Numbered from the stretch's first letter, positions 1 to 7,068 are shown. The stretch is DNA of 11,879 nt from an uncultured bacterium (GCA_963977445.1 CAXBPH010000217.1:1-11879); one strand, 5' to 3'. Notes: generated from the letters alone by a model not told the origin. Made by a program: numbers and translations.

Positions 1-75
1 ACTAAAAGGGGTGCCACCTACACACGCGGACGGTTCCCGGCCAAGTTTGTGGGTGAAGGGGATGCAAGGCCCGAG

Positions 76-131
76 AAACGTACCCCCATCGTCATGGGAT
101 TCTGCTATCATCGTCCAAAACGTAACCCCAT
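76..131 (+). promoter_or_regulatory. Putative promoter/operator of the 605-aa gene: extended -10 flanked by a 14-bp direct repeat
   Basis: TGcTATCAT at 103-111. AAACGTACCCCCAT (76-89) and AAACGTAACCCCAT (118-131) are 13/14 identical and 42 bp apart. AGGAAG precedes the ATG at 144. Confidence 0.4.
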
Positions 132-143
132 AGGAAGTCCCCC

Positions 144-1961
144 ATGACCACCACTATTCTCGCCCTTATTCTCACGGCCCTCGCACAGACGGCCCCGCCG
201 ACCCTCCCCGAGGCTTGGGATCCCATCCTTATCCCCGGCCAGTCCGATGTCGTCTTCACCATGTATAGCTGTCCCGGTGATCTGGAAGGTCTGAAGGAAC
301 TCGTGGACGTCATGCAGCGGGAAAAGCTGGGCAATGGCTTTGACCCCGGTCCGGCGGCCCATGCGAATTCGGCCGATATGTTCGCGTATCTCAGCACCCT
401 CGGCTGGTCGCTGATTTCCTATCCAGGCTATCCGAATTTCCAGCTGGAAGAAAGCGAATGCGTCTTCACCGATGCGGACGAGGCCGTCTTTCAACACTTT
501 GAAAAAAGCGGTTCTTTTTTCGCCGTCCAGCTCGGCGAATGGGGCTATTACTTCCACAACCTCTCGATGAACGAAACCTACTTGCGCGACCGCTACGGCG
601 ACGACCTGGACGCCGAAAAACACGGCCTCCGTCCGAATGACCTCGCGGGTTATTACACGAAGCCGGAAAATAAACGCGCGGCCTATGAACGGTTGCGCAC
701 CTACTTCCTCACCCGTCAGCGGATCATGCGCGGACATAATTTGAGCGTCACGGGTCATTCCCATTATGAGGCCTATGCCGCCGAATGGGGCGCGAAGCTC
801 ATTGGCCTGGAGGTGGGCGAAAACATTGCCTTTGCCCAATCCAAATTCGCCTTTGCCCGGGGCGCTTCACGACAGTGGGACATTCCGTGGACCGTCCAGG
901 TGAGTCCCTGGATGCACGGTGCCGTTACGACAGCGGGGCCCTTGCGGTTGGAAGATGGCGGGGCAAGGGGACTCGACGCGGGCCATTCCCTCAGCTTTTA
1001 CACGCGCATGTGGCTCCATGCCTGGTTTGCCGGGGCGGCCATGGTGACGCCCGAAAACAGCATTGCCATTTTCTTTGAGCCGGGCGAACCGAAGTGGCGT
1101 CTCACCTCCCATGCCGAGCGGGCGAAAGAAGTTTTCGCCTTTATGCGCAATCACGATCGCGGGGTGCCCTACACGCCGGTCGCTGTGGTGCTGGACCACT
1201 ATGCGGGCTACAACGGCTTCATGGCCAAACCCTGGGGCATTCTGGAAAGCACGCCCGGGGATTTGGAAATCGAGGATTTGTTTGAAAGCCAGCTTTACCC
1301 CGATACCGATTTGTTTCACGCGCCGCCGGTGGAGCCGGGCAATACAGAAGCAGGCTACCTCCGCCCCACCCCCTATGGTGAGAGTTTTGATGTGGTGCTG
1401 AGCACGGCAACGGCAAAAACACTGTCGACTTATCCGGTGATTCTGCTGGCCGGTGATATGGAATTCGACCCCTTATTCGTAGCGAATCTCTTCGACGCCC
1501 TCCGCGCCGGCAGCACGCTGCTCCTGAATTCACGGCACGCCGAGGCCCTGGGCGCTGACTTCGCGCGACTTCAGGGAACGGGAAGCGTAGACGTGGTGGA
1601 GCATTGGGAAAATCCCGCTACCCAGCGGGGCGCGGCCATCCCGAATGCACGACTCTCCACATTGATGGAAGGATTGTTGCCAATCGCCGTGGAAGGGGAC
1701 CCCATTCAGTACCAGATCAATCGGAATGACGTGGGTTGGGTGATCGAACTCGTCAACAACAATGGCGTTATCAAGACGCGGGACCAACCTGCCATCGTTG
1801 AACCGGAAAAAACCGCTACGGTCCGACTGGTGCCGCGCTTTGAAGCCACGGCAATGCGTCAATGGACGGCGGGCGACGCGATGCCCCTCAACGTGGATGA
1901 CGCGATTGTCGTTCCTGCCGGGGAATCGGTGTTTGTGGAGTTCGTGGTAGACGCGCAGTGA
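144..1961 (+). CDS. Secreted hypothetical protein, possibly glycoside-hydrolase-like
   Basis: 605-aa ORF with a signal-like N-terminus (MTTTILALILTALAQ). Aromatic/acidic motifs QLGEWGYYF, IGLEVGE, FARGASRQW and RGVPYTPVAVVLD suggest a TIM barrel followed by an alpha/beta domain and a beta-rich tail. The CDS is secure, the function is inference only. Confidence 0.85.
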   Translation: MTTTILALILTALAQTAPPTLPEAWDPILIPGQSDVVFTMYSCPGDLEGLKELVDVMQREKLGNGFDPGPAAHANSADMFAYLSTLGWSLISYPGYPNFQLEESECVFTDADEAVFQHFEKSGSFFAVQLGEWGYYFHNLSMNETYLRDRYGDDLDAEKHGLRPNDLAGYYTKPENKRAAYERLRTYFLTRQRIMRGHNLSVTGHSHYEAYAAEWGAKLIGLEVGENIAFAQSKFAFARGASRQWDIPWTVQVSPWMHGAVTTAGPLRLEDGGARGLDAGHSLSFYTRMWLHAWFAGAAMVTPENSIAIFFEPGEPKWRLTSHAERAKEVFAFMRNHDRGVPYTPVAVVLDHYAGYNGFMAKPWGILESTPGDLEIEDLFESQLYPDTDLFHAPPVEPGNTEAGYLRPTPYGESFDVVLSTATAKTLSTYPVILLAGDMEFDPLFVANLFDALRAGSTLLLNSRHAEALGADFARLQGTGSVDVVEHWENPATQRGAAIPNARLSTLMEGLLPIAVEGDPIQYQINRNDVGWVIELVNNNGVIKTRDQPAIVEPEKTATVRLVPRFEATAMRQWTAGDAMPLNVDDAIVVPAGESVFVEFVVDAQ

Positions 1962-1973
1962 AGCCTTGGGGTG

Positions 1974-2020
1974 TGGGACCTATGGGACGGGTGGGACCTG
2001 TGGGACTTGCATAGGTTCCA
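1974..2020. repeat. Tandem 9-bp repeat (TGGGACnnn x4) with an inverted partial copy
   Basis: TGGGACCTA TGGGACGGG TGGGACCTG TGGGACTTG (1974-2009). CATAGGTTCCA (2010-2020) is the reverse complement of 1974-1984 with one mismatch. Confidence 0.75.
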
Positions 2021-2054
2021 TCATGAGCGGGCCAGCCCATTGCGCAGTTTCTCA

Positions 2055-2246
2055 ACAGGGGGTTGGGCATTCCTGCCCGACACAGCGTGAAACGCGGGCA
2101 TCAAAAAATACCGAGGTTACTTCCGATTAACTACGTGACCAAACTAAAAAAAAATTTGCTCGACATGATAGATTGCGCACTAAAACCAAATGCCGCTTCA
2201 GTCCCATCGTGGGATTTGTGTCGGGCAGGAATGCCCAACCCCCTGT
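2055..2246. repeat. 192-bp REP-doublet (REPIN)/MITE-like element, copy 1
   Basis: Perfect 30-bp terminal inverted repeats ACAGGGGGTTGGGCATTCCTGCCCGACACA (2055-2084 / 2217-2246). Each arm contains the hairpin GTTGGGCA-TTCC-TGCCCGAC. 180/192 identical to 4316-4507 by manual alignment. Confidence 0.85.
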
Positions 2247-2251
2247 CAGTC

Positions 2252-2296
2252 TCAGTCTATCAAGACCACGACATTCGAGAGCTCATCCACGCCGTC
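2252..2296 (-). pseudogene. Orphan 3' tail (14 codons + stop) of the TPM gene at 4513..5184
   Basis: Translates DGVDELSNVVVLID* versus DDVDELANAVVLID* at 4513-4557. 4 mismatches in 45 nt, with the same 2261-bp offset as the repeat copies. Confidence 0.85.
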
Positions 2297-2488
2297 ATCA
2301 AGACGCGGGACAAGCCTGCCATCGTCGAGCCGGAGAAGGCCATCACCGTGCGCCTCACGCCCCGATTCGCAACCAAGCACATGCAGCGATGAAACGCGGG
2401 CGAATCGACGTTGCTGAAAACCGATGAGGCGATTGGCGTTCCGGCAGGCGAAACGGTCTTTGTAGAGTTCGTGGTAGACGCGCCATGA
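2294..2488 (+). pseudogene. Orphan diverged 3' end (64 codons + stop) of a homolog of the 605-aa gene
   Basis: Gap-free alignment to 1767-1961 (VIKTRD...VFVEFVVDA) with 42/64 aa identical. A TGG-to-TGA stop sits at 2390-2392 and there is no start codon of its own. Confidence 0.9.
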
Positions 2489-2538
2489 ATTGAGATTCTA
2501 TCGGACTATGTCCCATGGAGCGGGAGGCAGAGAAACTC

Positions 2539-4179
2539 CTACGAATGGTATGCCGAATTCGCGTCTACTCGCTCGAAGAATTCCTCCAACGCCCCTCGAT
2601 TTTGCGAGCTTATAAGGGCTCTGAACTCGCTGGCACGCTCTACAAAACCATGGCGAACATAGAATGCGTAGAGGTCGCGAATAGGCGTTGACGAAAAGGT
2701 TCCGAGCTGCTCAAGGGCGTCAAAATAGCGGTTAGCTTTTTTCGATTCAATCTCGGTATCTGAGAGCCCTTGCACGTAATCGAATAGTATATGCCATGCT
2801 TGAAAAGCTAATACTTCGCCACCCAGACGAAACTCCGACTTCGGCTTGTCTTCAATCACTTGCGCCAAGTCTTCTAGATACGGCGTTGGATTATCGGTCG
2901 CCAAAGCAAGCATAAAAGATGGCCAATAGTCCCCGTCACGCATATGAGCGGAGAGTATCTTTGCTACACCCGCGTCCCGAGGAGAAAAGGACAAAAGGCT
3001 CCGCGCTGCATGAAGTCGAACGAGAGTTTCTTCCTCATTCAACAGCGCATCCAGCAAATCCAACCGCGAATGGTCCTGGGAAATACCCACCGTGGTCGCT
3101 GCTGCCGCCCGGACTACCGGGGCAACGTCCGAAGCCAATTCGCGCAACTTCCTGAACCCTTCGGAATCCGGGTAGTCAGAGAGGAGGAGCGTGGCGGCGG
3201 CACGGACCTCCGGCTCATTGTCCGAAAGCCATCCCTCAATCTCCCTTTCGATCTCTGGTTTAGACACAAAACCGAGAGCCCGTATGGCCATTGCTCGACT
3301 CTCGTCATGGCCATCACCGTTTGCGACCTTTGCAAGTTCGCGCCAATACTTTTTCCCACCAGGATTCTGAATTGGCCTGTCTAATTTCGCAATACCGGGT
3401 ATCTCGGAACTTGCGACGGTTATGAGCCAACGGTTGGTGCGGTCTTTCGTCAAGTACGGGTTGTGCTCCCCTACGAGCGTGATTGCTGCCTTCGCGACTT
3501 CAGGATTCTTGCTCGCCACTAAATTGAAAACGCTCGTCAACACTTCCCCACGATCAAAATCGGTCGTTCCGAGCGGTTGTAGTCGGCCCATACTCATTTC
3601 ATCGAGCTGATTGATCGCATATACAGCATTGCCGGGATCGGTGCTCCCGAGCAAGGTATTCAATTCCGACCAAATTGCCTCTCTTGGGGTGGGTAGTGAA
3701 GAAGGCAGGCTGTCTGAACAAAGGATCACATCATGGTCCACTTTCACAATGTCGTAGGATCTAAGTTGCTGAAAGACGCCTTCCGTATTGGTTTTTTTCC
3801 CAAGGACGATGTAGGTTCGGTCTTTCGAGAAATTATAGGAATGCATCTGGTCGAAAAGTAGAGAACCGGATGGAAGTTGGACGTAGTGGCGAAAGGACAG
3901 CTCGCTGTCCGCCGACGCGCCCTTGATGAACGAGACAACCCTGAATTGGGTTTCCCGCACGTCAAACTGCGATTTTCCTTCAAACAGCGTAGCTTCGACG
4001 GCGGTTGAAGAGACCACCGTCCCTTTGAATATGATATCCGCATCTTCAATAAGCTTGTCGAGACTCGCCGCCCCCCCACCGGGAGATCCCCAGGCAGAAA
4101 ACATCGTCGCCAGAAAAAATAACGCCATTCCGAAACGCTGCAAGAATCCACATTTTACTTCGTTATATCCCACATTCAT
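2539..4179 (-). CDS. HEAT-repeat domain-containing protein, probably exported
   Basis: 546-aa ORF with HEAT/PBS-lyase-like repeats (SRAMAIRALG, LSDNEPEVRAAATLLL, DVAPVVRAAAATTVG, VRLHAARSL). Hydrophobic MALFFLATMFSAWG suggests a signal peptide, so the true start may be downstream of 4179. GC about 50% by spot counts. Confidence 0.85.
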   Translation of the reverse strand: MNVGYNEVKCGFLQRFGMALFFLATMFSAWGSPGGGAASLDKLIEDADIIFKGTVVSSTAVEATLFEGKSQFDVRETQFRVVSFIKGASADSELSFRHYVQLPSGSLLFDQMHSYNFSKDRTYIVLGKKTNTEGVFQQLRSYDIVKVDHDVILCSDSLPSSLPTPREAIWSELNTLLGSTDPGNAVYAINQLDEMSMGRLQPLGTTDFDRGEVLTSVFNLVASKNPEVAKAAITLVGEHNPYLTKDRTNRWLITVASSEIPGIAKLDRPIQNPGGKKYWRELAKVANGDGHDESRAMAIRALGFVSKPEIEREIEGWLSDNEPEVRAAATLLLSDYPDSEGFRKLRELASDVAPVVRAAAATTVGISQDHSRLDLLDALLNEEETLVRLHAARSLLSFSPRDAGVAKILSAHMRDGDYWPSFMLALATDNPTPYLEDLAQVIEDKPKSEFRLGGEVLAFQAWHILFDYVQGLSDTEIESKKANRYFDALEQLGTFSSTPIRDLYAFYVRHGFVERASEFRALISSQNRGALEEFFERVDANSAYHS

Positions 4180-4315
4180 AACAAAGCTCCCTGAAAGAAA
4201 CTACTTGAAAATCGCTTGTAAGGTCGTACTTTCAACGTGCCCGCTAGTATCTATCAAAGCAAGGAAGACATCTCGTTGGCTTGGTCACGCCATCTTCTAT
4301 CGCGCGCACTACCCA

Positions 4316-4507
4316 ATAGGAAGTTGGGCATTCCTGCCCGACACAGCGTGAAACGCGGGTATCAAAAAATACCGAGGTCACTTCCGATTAACTACGTGGC
4401 CAAACTAAAAAACTTTTTGCTCGACATGATAGCTTGCGCACGAAAACCAAATGCCGCTTCAGTCCCATCGTGGGATTTGTGTCGGGCAGGAATGCCCAAC
4501 CTCCTGT
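4316..4507. repeat. 192-bp REP-doublet (REPIN)/MITE-like element, copy 2
   Basis: Inverted arms at 4316-4345 and 4478-4507. The right arm reads GGAG-GTTGGGCATTCCTGCCCGAC on the minus strand. It is a direct repeat of 2055-2246 and lies 5 bp after the TPM stop codon. Confidence 0.85.
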
Positions 4508-4512
4508 CGCCC

Positions 4513-5184
4513 TCAGTCTATCAAGACCACGGCATTCGCGAGTTCATCCACGTCGTCTTCTGCGCGGGGCAGAGGTACCGAGAGCGTATTACCAAGACTT
4601 GCGATAGTGGCTGCCAGGCCTTCGGCGGGTTTGTTGCCCAGGGTCTTGGTAAGTTCATCGCAGAGGCGGCGGACTTCGCCGTCGGGCAAGACCTTTGTCA
4701 CCGCATCGTCGGCGAGCACACAGACCAGCCGCTCGTAGATTGATACATAAATCAGCACGCCTGTCGCGCCTTCGGTGTGGTGGATGCGTTGGTCGAAGAA
4801 GGCCTCGCGGGCCCGTCGTTCTACCTCTTCCATCATCTCCTTTTTGGGGGTGACGAGACGGCGCAGCCCTCCCACTTTGGACGCGACAACGGCACCCAAG
4901 AGGAAGCCGATGAGGAGCGCAGCAATCCAGCCGAGGTGGTTGAGTGGCAGGGAAGCACCCCAGTCACCGGTATCAATGGGCACCACGGGCCAGAGAAACC
5001 ACAGGGTCACCATGAACACGCTGCCCACCCACAGACCGACCATATCTTCGGCCCGGTCGTAACGCCCGGAGGCGGTCGCCACGACGGGGACGATCTCGAC
5101 GGAGGTCTTGCCTTCTGCTGCCACTACGGCGGCCTCGATAGTCGCCAACTCTTCTTTGGTCAAAAACTCACTTGCTTGTCGCAT
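4513..5184 (-). CDS. TPM domain-containing membrane protein (COG3762-like)
   Basis: Motifs AAEGKTSVEIVPVV...SGRY, two TM helices, IHHTEGATGVLIYVSIYERLVCVLAD and DELANAVV. RBS AAGGAG lies right after the upstream gene's stop. Confidence 0.9.
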   Translation of the reverse strand: MRQASEFLTKEELATIEAAVVAAEGKTSVEIVPVVATASGRYDRAEDMVGLWVGSVFMVTLWFLWPVVPIDTGDWGASLPLNHLGWIAALLIGFLLGAVVASKVGGLRRLVTPKKEMMEEVERRAREAFFDQRIHHTEGATGVLIYVSIYERLVCVLADDAVTKVLPDGEVRRLCDELTKTLGNKPAEGLAATIASLGNTLSVPLPRAEDDVDELANAVVLID

Positions 5185-5196
5185 GAGGCGCTCCTT

Positions 5197-5961
5197 CTAC
5201 CATGAACCCGTTGCACCACCGCCGCCACCGCCGAAGCTGCCACCGCCACTACCGCTGTTCCGGAGGGCGTTGATAAGAATCATACCCAGGATGCCAAAGA
5301 TGGCGGCCCAGAATAGCCACGCCCAACCGCTGGCACCCCGACGAATCAAGGAAAAGATGGTAAAAACTCCGAGGGCCACGACGCCAATAGCCACCGGCCA
5401 AAACCACGGCGGACGCACAGGCTGGGGCATCTCCAGACCACGGGACATTTTGTCGAGGGCTGTTACGCCGGCCACAATACCTTCGGAAAACTTGCCCTGC
5501 TTGAAGTTGGCGACAATTTGGCCATCCATGATGTCCTGACAGATGGTGTCGAACTCACCGGCCCAATCTGCGCCCAACTCGATGCGCGCCTTGCGATCGT
5601 CCTTGGAAACCACCAGGAGTATGCCCCGGTTCCAGGGCTGACCATCTATCTCTTCGTAGCCAATGCCCCACTGGTCAAAAAGCACGCGGGCAAAGGTCTC
5701 GATACGCCAATTGCTGCCCCCATATTGACCCATCGAGTCAATAGTAACCACAATAATGGGAATGGCGAGGTCAGTTAGAAGTTGGTCGCCGATTTCCCGA
5801 ATGGCCACCACATCGTCGGGCTGCACCATCCGCGCGAGATCCTGCACGAAGGCGCGCTCGCCTGGCGGTTCAATGTTGATGTTTTGGGCAGGCACCATAG
5901 TGGGGGTGAGGAAAGCCAACGCCGCAAGCAATAGGGCCGTTGTACTTCGTGCAAAAAACAT
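5197..5961 (-). CDS. TPM domain-containing protein (YgcG/DUF477-like)
   Basis: Motifs VQDLARMV, IIVVTIDS, LFDQWGIG, NRGILLVVSKDDRKARIELG, FKQGKFSEGIVAG, TM helices and a Gly-rich tail GGGSFGGGGGGATGSW. Start moved to the ATG at 5961 (RBS AAGGGAG, signal peptide follows). Confidence 0.9.
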   Translation of the reverse strand: MFFARSTTALLLAALAFLTPTMVPAQNINIEPPGERAFVQDLARMVQPDDVVAIREIGDQLLTDLAIPIIVVTIDSMGQYGGSNWRIETFARVLFDQWGIGYEEIDGQPWNRGILLVVSKDDRKARIELGADWAGEFDTICQDIMDGQIVANFKQGKFSEGIVAGVTALDKMSRGLEMPQPVRPPWFWPVAIGVVALGVFTIFSLIRRGASGWAWLFWAAIFGILGMILINALRNSGSGGGSFGGGGGGATGSW

Positions 5962-6087
5962 AAAAATAGTCTCCCTTCTAATTAACCCCAGTCTACCCCG
6001 TGACCGTGCTGATTGCGAATAACGACGGTCCATAGTAACGTACCATGGAGGCACCGGTTTTATTCGTGTGGAAATCTTAGCCTATTC

Positions 6088-7005
6088 TCATGGCACCCAA
6101 CGTGCCCGTCCCGACCAGAGCACGATGGCCCCCATCCACACGACCATGAAGTCGCCCGCCAGGGCCTTCACCATAGGGAACCATGATTTAACGCCCGGGT
6201 TCTGGCACCCCCCGTTGGGAATTTCTCCCTCTCCCTCTCCCTCTCCCTCGCCCTCTCCCTCTCCTTCACCTTCACCTTCGCCTTCACCTTCGCCTTCACC
6301 TTCTCCTTCACCGCCATTCAGTTCGATGATTAGCCGTGGGCGATTGGCCTCGGCTTCGGAGGAGGCAAACTTTTTGGTCCGTTGGGGACTCCCCTCTTCG
6401 GTCGCGAGGAGGGCCCAGCCAAAGTTTTGTTCCGGGTCAGTGCGCCATGCCTCCACATCCGCGATCAGTCCCGCGCTTTCCCACACGACGGTGGAGCCTT
6501 GTTGCCCGGCCGCACCGACGGCGCTCGGTGATTCCATATAATCCCCACCGGGTGAGGTCCATGAAGTCATGCTGAAAAAGGATTCGTTCCACGTGGCATC
6601 GCCGGAGTTTGCCGTGGTACCCACACCACCGGGGTCTCCGGGTACTGCCGCCTCGCCTTCACCCCACGCCGCCGTGACGGTATGAAGTCCATAATCCACA
6701 TCTCCAAAATTACCGCCGGACCGAACCACCGACATTTCCAGTCGCACACGGGTCACTACGGCATCGGATGGAATGGTGGAAAGGTCCACCTTGATGAGTC
6801 CCCGACGCAGAAAGCCCGTGCGGATGGTCCCGGCAAAAACTCCGTCGATGCCCCCACCCGCATTGTTCACGAGATCTTCGAAAAGGGTGGTGTCTCGGAA
6901 TCCGCTGTACCCCTCCAGGCCTTGCTCGAAAACGAGGGTCTCGGCCGTAGCGTGGAAGGATGCGATAGTAGCAATGAATAGGATTAAAATAGACTTCAAT
7001 GACAT
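6088..7005 (-). CDS. Secreted DNRLRE-domain (CBM96-like) surface protein with (GE)15 linker and C-terminal membrane anchor
   Basis: Signal peptide MSLKSILILFIATIASFHATA. Motifs DTTL, RRGLIKVDLSTIPSDAVVTRVRL, WGEG, ATWN, WTSPGGD, NFGW and FASSEA...RPRL are typical of DNRLRE domains. ATG at 7005 preferred to the alternative start at 7038. Confidence 0.85.
   Translation of the reverse strand: MSLKSILILFIATIASFHATAETLVFEQGLEGYSGFRDTTLFEDLVNNAGGGIDGVFAGTIRTGFLRRGLIKVDLSTIPSDAVVTRVRLEMSVVRSGGNFGDVDYGLHTVTAAWGEGEAAVPGDPGGVGTTANSGDATWNESFFSMTSWTSPGGDYMESPSAVGAAGQQGSTVVWESAGLIADVEAWRTDPEQNFGWALLATEEGSPQRTKKFASSEAEANRPRLIIELNGGEGEGEGEGEGEGEGEGEGEGEGEGEGEGEIPNGGCQNPGVKSWFPMVKALAGDFMVVWMGAIVLWSGRARWVP
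6223..6312 (-). repeat. Coding hexanucleotide repeat, (Gly-Glu)x15
   Basis: 15 in-frame hexamers counted directly, mostly GGTGAA/GGCGAA followed by mostly GGAGAG. Confidence 0.95.
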
Positions 7006-7044
7006 AGTTGGGGGCTTTCTAATGGATGCAGCGGCCACCTAGGG

Positions 7045-7053
7045 GTTATACCA
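7045..7053 (-). promoter_or_regulatory. Possible extended -10 promoter for the DNRLRE gene
   Basis: Minus strand TGgTATAAC about 40 bp upstream of the ATG at 7005. No good -35. Confidence 0.35.
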
Positions 7054-7068
7054 CAGAATAGGGGATGT

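Noticed and set aside
2063..2392. 109-aa ORF with apparent paralogs at 4237..4743, 2190..2417 and 4451..4738
   Set aside because: The similarity comes from the duplicated non-coding element. The ORF is a chance read-through from the repeat into the orphan tail, with a TTG start inside the inverted arm.
1767..2488. Gene 3' end plus downstream copy as a diversity-generating retroelement VR/TR pair
   Set aside because: Mismatches are not adenine-specific (many T/C and G/C changes at third codon positions), divergence is too high, and no reverse transcriptase is in the window.
2055..4507. Composite transposon or integron cassette around the HEAT gene
   Set aside because: No transposase or integrase, no target-site duplication seen, no attC-type RYYYAAC/GTTRRRY ends, and homology extends beyond the element into gene sequence.
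5962..6054. N-terminal extension of the TPM ORF to 6054
   Set aside because: The ATG at 5961 has a good RBS and starts a signal peptide, and the extension looks non-coding.
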